Made by a program: the position numbers and the translations under genes
Part shown: one piece after another, positions 20,131-29,480 of the stretch
Layout of the letters: each line of letters opens with the position of its first letter
Numbering within the stretch: position 1 is the first letter of the stretch
Assembly: GCA_046484705.1 (NCBI GenBank)
Contig: JAWOIK010000240.1
Coordinates: 6,090 to 70,089, forward strand
Length of the DNA stretch: 64,000 nucleotides
Direction: 5' to 3'
Origin: Ignavibacteriaceae bacterium
Lineage (GTDB): Bacteria; Bacteroidota; Ignavibacteria; Ignavibacteriales; Ignavibacteriaceae
The notes under the pieces: model-generated
What the model was told of the DNA's origin: nothing
Database searches by the model: none
The model's input: only the letters and a program-made list of their open reading frames with translations

Positions 20131-20414
20131 ATTAACCTCTGAATTGGAAGTTGGAAAATCAAAACTAAATTAGCTTAATCCCGGTAAACAGGAATTAGAA
20201 TTTTTTTATAAGATTTGAGAATTGATCCTGGGCAGGGAATTAGAATACGTTTTCAAAGCTGGATATAAAATAACTTCGGAGAACTTTAAGTCCTTTTACC
20301 AAACCTGTTATTTTGGATGTTACTGTTTTCATAGTGTTTGTTATTTACTGTATTAAAATTAAGAAATGGGAGTTCAATAATCAAACTTAAAACATAGTAA
20401 AGGACGATATGGTT

Positions 20415-20449
20415 AAAAAAAATGACATCCCTAATTAAAGGGATGTCAT
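20415..20449 (-). terminator. Rho-independent terminator of the giant T9SS gene
   Basis: On the minus strand, ATGACATCCC / GGGATGTCAT forms a 10-bp stem followed by a T8 run, 27 nt after the stop. Confidence 0.8.
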
Positions 20450-20475
20450 CAATAACTAAGCTAAAAAAGCTTGTT

Positions 20476-23400
20476 TTATTTGAGGTACATCATCTTCTTA
20501 ACGGCTGAGAAATCTTTTCCTCCGTCAACAGATTTTGCCTGAATTGAATATATGTAAACTCCTGATGCAAGATTATTTGCATTAAGAACCACTTCGTGGT
20601 ATCCAACACCCTGAACAGTATTTACAAGTTCACTTACAACTTCGCCGAGAATGTTATAGATAAGAATCTTAACATTGCTGTCAAATGGAAGAGCATACTT
20701 AATAACCGTGCTCGGGTTGAATGGATTAGGATAGTTCTGATACAAACTGTAATCCTGCGGAGTAAAATCTACATCTACTTCAATAGAATTGGAGTAAGCA
20801 AATGTACCATCGAAATCGATTTGTTTCAAACGATATGAAGCTGCGCCTGTAAAGGAAACATATTCATACTTATCGTTGAAAGAATAATTATTCAGTTCAG
20901 TAGAGGTTCCTTTACCTTCAACGAATCCGATTTTCTCCCAGCCTTGATCAAGCTTACGCTGAACTTCAAATCCGCTATTATTTATTTCCGTAGCGGTGCT
21001 CCAGGTAAGTGATACTGCATTTCCGGAAACTGCACCAGCAAAACTGGTAAGTTCAACCGGAAGTGGAACATCACCTTCATCTGCGCCTCTGTATGGAAAA
21101 TCAATATGTCTTGTCTGACCGTCGATATCAGTAGTTATTCCAACTATCGGATAACCAATAAGATCAAGATCACCAACAGAATTTCCAGCTACGTGAAGAT
21201 CAGTAAGTGAAACAAATTCAGTTGTTTTGAATATAGTATTTTGTTCGTGCGGTGTAGCTGCAGTCCTATAACCTGTAATATCATTATATAGGAATCCAGC
21301 CCATCCTGAACTGAATGATCTGGCTGTATCACCTTCAGCAAACCATACGTTGAAGTTAATATCCAGTGTTCCCACAAGATTAGTAGGACCTGCAAAGAAG
21401 TTTGTATGGAAACCGCCTTCAATACCGCCGGTTCTTTCATTCAAACCTATATTATTTTTAGCATTAAATATTGCAGGATCACCTGTACTGGATTTTACCA
21501 AACCTGCAGTCAGGATTGTACCTGCGCTTCCACCTGTATGCACGCCACCAAATCTGAATGTGTTATAATAAGCGTTAACGGTGTATTCAGTACTACCGGA
21601 TAATTGTACGGCATAAATTGATGATTTAGTGCCGTTATCCTGAGTAAATGAGAAGAAGTTGTTTATAAGGTTAAATGTTGAACCTGTACCCGGGGTTCCG
21701 GTTATTCCTCTCAATGTTCCTGTGCCGGTATGCTGTAAATCATAAAAGTGATTTCCAATAATATTGGTAACACCTTGAGTAGCACTTGCACCGACACTTA
21801 TACCCGTACCAGAACTGGCATAACCAACAGTATGGAAAAGTATATTACCTTCAACAGTTGTATTTGAAGCATTGGAACTAAACCAGATACCTGCAAATGC
21901 AAAATCGGTTAAGGTATTTCCCATTATAATATTGTCAGTATTTGGATTTGCTGCAGTTCCTGCAAAACCAATTCCTGTTCTACCGCCTGATATGTAGTTA
22001 TATTCAATTGTATTGAATGAATTACCTAACGGATTAACCGGGGAAGTAGGAATATCGATTGCTCTTGGTCCTGCAGTACCCTGAGAACTGTTTATAATTT
22101 CAGTATACCGAATTGTGTTAAATGTTGATCCTCCTCCAAGTCGGATTGTATGTGATCCGCCAACAGTTGATAAATTTTCTACTGTTAAAGCGATATCTTC
22201 ACCCACTCCGCCCGATCTTCCATCTATTGTGAAGTAGGAAGCACCAACAAAATCAAATATAGGCATATTTAAAGAGCCGGAAACAGTTGAAGTTACGCCC
22301 ACATTGGGTCGTAATGTAATAGTATTTGTTGAACTTACACCAGCTATTTCACCAATAACAATCGGGAATGTTTCTGATGGATAAGTTGCATCTACAAGTA
22401 GGAAATTAACAGCTCCACCTACACCTTTAAGAGTAGCATCTGCAATTGCTTCAGTAATTGTTGCATAAACACCTCTGCTCTCAAGATTATTTGCTGCTTT
22501 TTGTTCTGCAGTAAATTCATAGTAAAGTGAGCCGTCGTATTCAACACCATTTAGTATTGGAACGTAATAATCCTGCTCAACCGTTCTTGTTACAGTTACA
22601 GGCATCAGATCAGCAACATCGGCTGGTTCCTGCAAAGTAACTGTGCCTTTCATGGTTTCTTCATAAATTCCAACTTGTTCCTCTTTAACAGGATCAATAA
22701 TCGTTTCTTCTACCTGGATGGTTCTTACTCTTTTTTCAAAAGTAATATCTTTTCCTGATAACGATCTGAATAAAGAAAGACCAACTGTATAATCACCTGC
22801 CAATGGTGCCACAACACCCTCTTCATATGCACCAATAGTTGGGGTTGTTATATCTCTCAATACTCCTAACACATCGGTAGTAATTCCTACAACCGGAACA
22901 CCAGCACCAATCAGCGGAGAACCTAATTGCGGTCTTAAATCAGAATTAGATGAATATAATGGATCCGCACTTATAGAGTTTGCATCCATCGTTGTAGCTG
23001 TCTGCCAGTCTACTAAAGTAAGTACATCTGTTGCTCCCCATCTTCCTAAAATACCACCGGTACCGCTTGTATAATAATCATTGTTGTTCAAATCGAACAA
23101 TGTTGCTGTAGAATTAGTAAACTGAACAGCATAGTGAATACCTGTTCCGGAGGAATTAGACCTGGAGTTATAGAATGAATTGTTTTTCACTATGAAATTA
23201 GCAGCAGCATCACGTTTATTAACAGCACCGGTAGTTCCGGCAGTTACATCTGTTCCGCCGATAAGCACCGTGTTATAATAAATCTCAATTGAATTTGCAG
23301 AATATCCAAAATAATCTATTCCACGGATTGTTCCCGCAGTCAGATTAGCATCTGCCGAAATAGCTATAACATTATTTACTACTCTGACAGTCATATCAAC

Positions 23401-26400
23401 ACCGGATGAACCAATGTAGTAAATACCAGCTACTGTAGGTGATGAGGTTGAACTCTGCAAGTTTGTAATGATATTGCCTTCAATGATATTGTCAGGACCC
23501 CTTCCCTGATAAATACCATAAATAGTTGTTTTGGATGAAGGCATGGTTTGATAAATTGCGTTGTAAAGTGCCTGGTTGTTCATCACTCCAACACCGCCCT
23601 GTAATGTAATACCGCGATCGGCAAAGTCAACAAATTCACAATTAGAAATTGTGTTGTTGCTGCTTGTTGTAGTTGAAAACATATAGACACCAATGCCGTA
23701 AGCGCTGGCTCCATCTATAGGTCTGAACAAACAGTTATCGATCAGGTTATTATTACTTCCGTCACCGGCTGCAAGAATAAGTGATCCTGATCCTGTACTT
23801 GTATTCTGGCTTTCAATAATACAATTCTTTACAACATTATTACTTCCATCACTATAGAAGTGAACTGCAGGCGAGGTTGCTGTGCCGCCGACAGAAATTG
23901 TCAGGTCACGTGTAGTTCCGCCAACTGTATTGGATCCGTCAATAATGTAATAATATCCGCTTGTATTGAATCTGATGGTTGCAGCAGCCTGCGTGGAATC
24001 ACCAGGTATTGTTGCCTGAATACCGGTTGCTGGTTTGATAGTGACAGTGTTAGTCGGACTTGCGCCAACAACAGAAGTCAGATCAATCGGGTAGGTTTCA
24101 TTCGGATAATCTGTATCTACCAGCGAGAATGTAACCGGACCATCAACGCCTCTAAGCAGTAAGTCATTCACTGCTGCTGTAAGAGTCGGATAAACACCTC
24201 TTGATTCAGGAGAAAGGAAAAAGTTAGTATCAAATGGTTTTCCGTTTTCCATCATTACTTTATAAGTTTCAGTTACAGTTACATATTCCGGGGAATTATT
24301 AAGATTTACAACACCGCTCTTTTCATCCGCCGGTGCATTAACATCTGAATAACCATCAATACCATTCAAGTCCCTTGTTACGGTTCTTGTTCTGGTTTCA
24401 AAATAAATTTCCTTACCTGTTAATTGATTAAACAAACTCAATCCGACGGTAAATGTACCACTTAAAGGTATATCAACAATCTGGTAAAAATTTGGAGCAG
24501 GTGGAGGTACAGTTCCAGGAGGATTTGCTCCTGAACCGCCTGCAGGATTAGTACCAGCATTACCAGGAACGTCCTGGGCAGCCACATAATACTCAATTAC
24601 ATCACCTATTGCCACGCCACCAAGATTAGTGTAAGCAATTGTAAATGTATAATCATCGCCGACTACTACAGGGTTATCATCAAATACATAATTCAAATCA
24701 GTACTTTTTTTAATATATAATCGAGGGGCATTTGATCCTGCTGCGACACCGCCTGCATCAGTGATTGTAGCTGTTAAACTGACTGATGTTGTATTAGCAG
24801 TATTTGATAAGAAATCATATACTATTAAGGGCGCAGTTAAGTCCGCACCAATACCATTAAATTCATCCGCACCAATATCCGGGAATACCGCATCACGTGT
24901 ATCTCCATCATAATCTGTTGTAACTGCGATAGGTGCAGTGATCGGCGTTCCGGCACTTTCCAACTGAGTCGGAGTTGTAGTGCTGATATGCAGATCATAT
25001 GGTGTAGTAGTGTTATTTATAAAAGGTGGATTTCCTGAAACCGAGGCTGATTCTCTCGGACCAACTAATAGTTGTAATTCTCCAATTGTTTGAGCTGAAT
25101 TCGTTCCATCATAAAAAAGGAGATTAGCTGCACCCGGGGAGCCGCCATAAAAATTATTATTGTTCGATAATTCAGAATAATTATCAAGACTTGTAGCGGA
25201 ACTTCTCCGGAAAGCAGTAGTTACACCTGATCCGTTAGCGGTTGAGCTATTAACAATATTATTATTCCGCATATCAAGAGTGGATGATGTTGCCGTTGCA
25301 CTATAGATATGGAAAATTCCGGAACTTCCAAAATTTACTCCTGTTGAAGTAGCATTAAGGAATATGGTATTATAATAAGCATTCCTTGTAGCATTCGTAG
25401 TTGCACTGGAAAATCCAATACCACGTACAGCGTCATCGGTTTCAGCAGTGGGTGCTTTTAGATCCGAAATAAAATTGTTATAAACATAAACATCTGTTCC
25501 CGTACTTACCTGGATACCGGTGGTATAAGGTGAAGCAGTTCCGGTAGTTGTTGAAGTGAGGTCATAAATATCATTGCTATATATGTGAGCTAATACACCT
25601 GTAGCACTGAAAATTCCCATAACATTTCCACCACCTGTATTAGCATATATCTCATTTCCATATATCATTTTCGTAGATGTTGAAACTTCATTTGAATACA
25701 GGCAATACAAAAGACCGGTGGTATTATTTGTATTTCCGTGAATCAGATTGTCGTATATATTTGAAAATCCGTCTACACCTGTACTTAAATTATACAGCGG
25801 ATACATAGATCCCGATGTACCATCTTTAACATTATTTCTTACTGTATTTCCGAATATGTTTACATTAAATGCAGAAGCAGAATTGTACAAACCATACATT
25901 GCTCCCGAAGTAGCTGTAGGATATGTGCAATTTTCAACAATGTTATCATAAATGTTTACGGTATTATCTGTACCTGTTGAACCCATTGAATTGCTTAATC
26001 CATACATAGAGCTTGTTGTTGCTCCGCTTTCAACAGTTATAGTGTTTCCATATACATCCAAATTAGAATTTGTACCTGTTGAATTGAAGATACCATAAAG
26101 TGTAGTTGTTGTACCGGCACCACCGTTAATAGTATTATTAGCTATTTTTAAGTTATTCTGATAAATGGAATACATAGCATAAGCAGTTGAGGTTCCACCA
26201 CCAAAATTCGTAATTGTATTTCCCCCGTCAACACCTATCTCAATATTCTGATCATACAAATCATATGGGGAGGCTGCTGCGTCTCCGCGTACCTGTATAC
26301 CTACATATACATTTGAAATAGTATTATTGTATATCTTAATATCTTCACTTCTTCCACCAATCGAAGTGACTGTTACTGCAGAGGAACCGGATAAATTCGA

Positions 26401-26976
26401 TACATAAATACCATAAGAATATCTTGTAGTCTGATTAAGTGAAATATTGCAGTTCCTGATAGTTACGTTCTTACTAGCATCGTCTCCGGATACTTTTTTC
26501 AGAAAGTAACCAACCTCCATCAATTGAGCATCAACTGCTAAAATATTTTCTTGCAGATCGATACCATCAAATGTTATATAATCTCCGCCCTCAATAACAA
26601 TTATTCCATCACCGTTTGCGGTAAGGGAGGTTGATGTTGCAACTGTACCTAACGCGGAAGCTGTGATAAGAGGATTATTTCCCACACCGGATTTTTGAAA
26701 AATTATTTCATTACCAAGTGTACCTGTTGCAGAAATATATCCTGCAGAATCAGTTGTAAAAGTTTCTGTATGTCCGGCTGCTACATCAAATGTAACACCG
26801 CCGATACCGACACCTTGTGTATTAAGATCAGCAATTGCAGCCTGAATTGTTGCATAATCACCAGGGATAGTTTTTGTTCCTATTAACTGAGCTGATGACA
26901 GTGAAAAAAATCCACCGATAATAACCAGCATCGCAATGTTGAACAAAAGATTATTTAATCGAAAAGAAAAGCTCAT
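20476..26976 (-). CDS. Giant (2166 aa from the ATG at 26976) secreted protein with three right-handed parallel beta-helix modules, a pre-sorting beta-sandwich domain and a T9SS C-terminal sorting domain
   Basis: Signal-anchor MSFSFRLNNLLFNIAMLVIIGGFFSLSSAQ. Hundreds of Asn/Gly/Thr-rich approx 22-aa beta-helix turns (..I.NN.I.., Y.N.I..). Each of the three modules ends in a G-x-x-R..xGA(D/Y)E motif. The C-terminus reads SLYQNYPNPFNPSTVI..MMYLK. Confidence 0.85.
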   Translation of the reverse strand: MSFSFRLNNLLFNIAMLVIIGGFFSLSSAQLIGTKTIPGDYATIQAAIADLNTQGVGIGGVTFDVAAGHTETFTTDSAGYISATGTLGNEIIFQKSGVGNNPLITASALGTVATSTSLTANGDGIIVIEGGDYITFDGIDLQENILAVDAQLMEVGYFLKKVSGDDASKNVTIRNCNISLNQTTRYSYGIYVSNLSGSSAVTVTSIGGRSEDIKIYNNTISNVYVGIQVRGDAAASPYDLYDQNIEIGVDGGNTITNFGGGTSTAYAMYSIYQNNLKIANNTINGGAGTTTTLYGIFNSTGTNSNLDVYGNTITVESGATTSSMYGLSNSMGSTGTDNTVNIYDNIVENCTYPTATSGAMYGLYNSASAFNVNIFGNTVRNNVKDGTSGSMYPLYNLSTGVDGFSNIYDNLIHGNTNNTTGLLYCLYSNEVSTSTKMIYGNEIYANTGGGNVMGIFSATGVLAHIYSNDIYDLTSTTTGTASPYTTGIQVSTGTDVYVYNNFISDLKAPTAETDDAVRGIGFSSATTNATRNAYYNTIFLNATSTGVNFGSSGIFHIYSATATSSTLDMRNNNIVNSSTANGSGVTTAFRRSSATSLDNYSELSNNNNFYGGSPGAANLLFYDGTNSAQTIGELQLLVGPRESASVSGNPPFINNTTTPYDLHISTTTPTQLESAGTPITAPIAVTTDYDGDTRDAVFPDIGADEFNGIGADLTAPLIVYDFLSNTANTTSVSLTATITDAGGVAAGSNAPRLYIKKSTDLNYVFDDNPVVVGDDYTFTIAYTNLGGVAIGDVIEYYVAAQDVPGNAGTNPAGGSGANPPGTVPPPAPNFYQIVDIPLSGTFTVGLSLFNQLTGKEIYFETRTRTVTRDLNGIDGYSDVNAPADEKSGVVNLNNSPEYVTVTETYKVMMENGKPFDTNFFLSPESRGVYPTLTAAVNDLLLRGVDGPVTFSLVDTDYPNETYPIDLTSVVGASPTNTVTIKPATGIQATIPGDSTQAAATIRFNTSGYYYIIDGSNTVGGTTRDLTISVGGTATSPAVHFYSDGSNNVVKNCIIESQNTSTGSGSLILAAGDGSNNNLIDNCLFRPIDGASAYGIGVYMFSTTTSSNNTISNCEFVDFADRGITLQGGVGVMNNQALYNAIYQTMPSSKTTIYGIYQGRGPDNIIEGNIITNLQSSTSSPTVAGIYYIGSSGVDMTVRVVNNVIAISADANLTAGTIRGIDYFGYSANSIEIYYNTVLIGGTDVTAGTTGAVNKRDAAANFIVKNNSFYNSRSNSSGTGIHYAVQFTNSTATLFDLNNNDYYTSGTGGILGRWGATDVLTLVDWQTATTMDANSISADPLYSSNSDLRPQLGSPLIGAGVPVVGITTDVLGVLRDITTPTIGAYEEGVVAPLAGDYTVGLSLFRSLSGKDITFEKRVRTIQVEETIIDPVKEEQVGIYEETMKGTVTLQEPADVADLMPVTVTRTVEQDYYVPILNGVEYDGSLYYEFTAEQKAANNLESRGVYATITEAIADATLKGVGGAVNFLLVDATYPSETFPIVIGEIAGVSSTNTITLRPNVGVTSTVSGSLNMPIFDFVGASYFTIDGRSGGVGEDIALTVENLSTVGGSHTIRLGGGSTFNTIRYTEIINSSQGTAGPRAIDIPTSPVNPLGNSFNTIEYNYISGGRTGIGFAGTAANPNTDNIIMGNTLTDFAFAGIWFSSNASNTTVEGNILFHTVGYASSGTGISVGASATQGVTNIIGNHFYDLQHTGTGTLRGITGTPGTGSTFNLINNFFSFTQDNGTKSSIYAVQLSGSTEYTVNAYYNTFRFGGVHTGGSAGTILTAGLVKSSTGDPAIFNAKNNIGLNERTGGIEGGFHTNFFAGPTNLVGTLDINFNVWFAEGDTARSFSSGWAGFLYNDITGYRTAATPHEQNTIFKTTEFVSLTDLHVAGNSVGDLDLIGYPIVGITTDIDGQTRHIDFPYRGADEGDVPLPVELTSFAGAVSGNAVSLTWSTATEINNSGFEVQRKLDQGWEKIGFVEGKGTSTELNNYSFNDKYEYVSFTGAASYRLKQIDFDGTFAYSNSIEVDVDFTPQDYSLYQNYPNPFNPSTVIKYALPFDSNVKILIYNILGEVVSELVNTVQGVGYHEVVLNANNLASGVYIYSIQAKSVDGGKDFSAVKKMMYLK

Positions 26977-27337
26977 ATATGGACCTCTGCTAAGATTGTT
27001 TATAAATTTGAAATTAATTGATGGATTAAACCTGATAAACCGAAGAAATGCTTTGTTTGAAGGTAAGTGAAACAATTAATACTTGATGGCATAATAACCT
27101 TAAGCTAAAGTTTGGAAAAGGTTTACATAGCAGATTTTACATTAAAAAGTAAAATACTTTTTCAAATTACTATTTACCCTTCATATTGTCAATAAAATTT
27201 ATGAAAATCGTGTTATTAAATTTGTTGTTCATAGTATACAAATGTAAAATCCGAAACATATTGAAGGGTTATATCAGTAATTGTGTTGCTTTTTTAATAA
27301 TAAATGGTTACACTTACCGTAACAAATTAAATAAATT

Positions 27338-27760
27338 ATGTCAGCATCCACAAAATTATCTACTGCAGTAAAGGCATTAAGCTATCTTGCCGCTGTCTCA
27401 CCGGAACCAAAGAACAGTTCTGATATTTCAATTTCAACGGGGATTAATGCTTCCAAACTAAGAAAGTTACTTTCATACCTTGTAAAAAGCGGAATTGTTG
27501 AAAGTGAAAAAGGAACTAACGGTGGTTTTACTCTAAAGAAAAAACCTAAAGATATTCATCTTCAGGAAGTTTACTGTGCTATTGAAGATCGAAAGGCATT
27601 CCATCTTGATGTTAATAATTCGAAGGGGAGCGAACTGAATAAAAATCAGAAAATGAATATCTTCTTTATAGATCTCTTTGCAGACATTCAGGTAACAATT
27701 GAAAACGAAATGAAAAACATTACACTAAAATCTATTATAGATAAAATAAATTCAAAATAA
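27338..27760 (+). CDS. Rrf2/BadM family transcriptional regulator
   Basis: N-terminal winged-helix pattern: STKLSTAVKALSYLA....SSDISISTGINASKLRKLLSYLVKSGIVES.KGTNGGF.L.K. Confidence 0.8.
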   Translation: MSASTKLSTAVKALSYLAAVSPEPKNSSDISISTGINASKLRKLLSYLVKSGIVESEKGTNGGFTLKKKPKDIHLQEVYCAIEDRKAFHLDVNNSKGSELNKNQKMNIFFIDLFADIQVTIENEMKNITLKSIIDKINSK

Positions 27761-27775
27761 AGAAATGAGGAGAAA

Positions 27776-29308
27776 ATGGAATTCTTAAAAAAGCTTGGTA
27801 TAAAAGATAAAAATTTCGGAGCATCAACAGGAACAAAATGGATGGAAACAACTGATCAGGGAGAATTGAAAATTTATTCTCCTGCAACAGGTGAATTCAT
27901 TGCTTCTGTCTATCAGGCTTCTGAATCTGATTATGAAAAAGTAGTGCAAAGTGCTCGAGAAGCATTTTTAGAATGGAGAATGATTCCAGCTCCTAAACGG
28001 GGGGAAGTGGTTCGGCAAATTGGTAACCGCCTGAGAGAGTTTAAGCATGAATTGGGAACTTTGGTATCCTTTGAAATGGGGAAAAGTTTGCAGGAAGGTA
28101 TGGGTGAAGTTCAGGAGATGATTGATATTTGTGATTTTGCTGTAGGACAATCCCGTCAATTGTATGGATTCACTATGCAGTCAGAAAGACCGCAGCATAG
28201 AATGTACGACCAGTACCATCCGCTTGGAGTTGTATGCACAATTTCAGCATTTAATTTTCCGGTAGCTGTATGGTCCTGGAATGCAATGATAGCGGCGGTA
28301 TGCGGTGATACAAATATCTGGAAACCATCATCAAAAGTTCCACTGTCAGCAATTGCCTGTCAGAATATTATTCAGCAGGTATTAGTTGATAATAACGTTC
28401 CTGAAGGAGTATTTACATTAATTATAGGTAGAGGGGCAACGATTGGTGAACAAATATTAAATGATTCAAGAGTTCCGCTGATATCCGTAACAGGTTCAAC
28501 AAGAGTCGGAAGACATGCTGGTGAAGTAATTGCAAAAAGATTCGGAAGAGCTATTCTTGAATTGGGTGGAAATAATGCAATAATATTAACACCGGACACA
28601 GATCTGAAAATTGCAATACCTGCCGTTGTATTCGGTGCGGTTGGTACTGCAGGTCAGCGATGCACAAGCACAAGAAGATTGATTATACATGATTCAATTT
28701 ACGATAAAGTAAAAGATGCATTATTAAAAGCTTACAAATCCCTTAAGATTGGCAATCCGCTTGATCAGTCAAATCATGTGGGTCCACTGATTGATAAAAA
28801 CGCCGTTAATGATTTTACCACTGCATTAGAACGAGTTAAAAAAGAAGGCGGGAAAATAATTTATGGCGGAGAAATGCTGGAAGGAGCAGAATACAAATCC
28901 GGTTCCTATGTAGTTCCTGCTTTAGTGGAAGCAGAAAATCATTATGAAATTGTCCAGGAAGAAACCTTCGCACCTATTTTGTACCTGATTAAATATTCCG
29001 GTGATGTAAAAAATGCAATTGTATTGCAAAACGGAGTTGTTCAGGGATTATCTTCGTCAATATTTACAAATAACATGCGTGAGGCTGAAATTTTCTTATC
29101 GCCGGAAGGATCTGATTGCGGAATAGCAAATGTTAACATTGGAACGTCTGGTGCTGAAATAGGCGGAGCTTTTGGAGGTGAGAAAGAAACCGGCGGGGGA
29201 AGAGAATCAGGTTCCGATGCATGGAAGTCATATATGAGAAGACAGACAAACACAATAAACTACGGAACTGCACTGCCATTAGCCCAGGGTATTAAATTTG
29301 ACTTATAA
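27776..29308 (+). CDS. ALDH7-family aldehyde dehydrogenase (alpha-aminoadipic semialdehyde / piperideine-6-carboxylate dehydrogenase type)
   Basis: 510 aa with ALDH motifs ELGGNNA and GQRCTS. The N-terminus LGI...N.G...G.W fits the ALDH7 type. AGGAG RBS present. The start is 16 nt after the Rrf2 gene. Confidence 0.8.
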   Translation: MEFLKKLGIKDKNFGASTGTKWMETTDQGELKIYSPATGEFIASVYQASESDYEKVVQSAREAFLEWRMIPAPKRGEVVRQIGNRLREFKHELGTLVSFEMGKSLQEGMGEVQEMIDICDFAVGQSRQLYGFTMQSERPQHRMYDQYHPLGVVCTISAFNFPVAVWSWNAMIAAVCGDTNIWKPSSKVPLSAIACQNIIQQVLVDNNVPEGVFTLIIGRGATIGEQILNDSRVPLISVTGSTRVGRHAGEVIAKRFGRAILELGGNNAIILTPDTDLKIAIPAVVFGAVGTAGQRCTSTRRLIIHDSIYDKVKDALLKAYKSLKIGNPLDQSNHVGPLIDKNAVNDFTTALERVKKEGGKIIYGGEMLEGAEYKSGSYVVPALVEAENHYEIVQEETFAPILYLIKYSGDVKNAIVLQNGVVQGLSSSIFTNNMREAEIFLSPEGSDCGIANVNIGTSGAEIGGAFGGEKETGGGRESGSDAWKSYMRRQTNTINYGTALPLAQGIKFDL

Positions 29309-29336
29309 TATCCTTAGACTATTCTAAAAACCTTTA

Positions 29337-29369
29337 AGAGCAGGAATCCAATACCTGCTCTTTTTTTTG
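29337..29369 (+). terminator. Rho-independent terminator
   Basis: AGAGCAGG / CCTGCTCT 8-bp stem with a 9-nt loop, followed by T8. Confidence 0.8.
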
Positions 29370-29480
29370 TCCTCCCTCAAATTCATTCATTTTGACATGC
29401 AGCATGTAAAAAAATCCATAATAATTACCCGTTTAAGCATAATGTTATATGAATTTATTAAAAAAGTATTGGCTTAATAT

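Noticed and set aside
20240-20332. A 30-codon minus-strand sORF (MKTVTSKITGLVKGLKVLRSYFISSFENVF) in the 345-bp gap between the giant gene terminator and lat. The same gap has a twice-occurring GGAATTAGAAT motif (about 20190 and 20236).
   Set aside because: It has no Shine-Dalgarno sequence although most genes here have one, it is too short to evaluate by composition, and I recognise no conservation. I cannot support it as a feature. It would need ribosome profiling or conservation evidence.
26977-27075. The N-terminal 33-codon extension of the giant ORF (MFHLPSNKAFLRFIRF..).
   Set aside because: The internal ATG at 26976 is immediately followed by a typical signal-anchor. The extension is basic, low-complexity and AT-rich, like the surrounding intergenic DNA.
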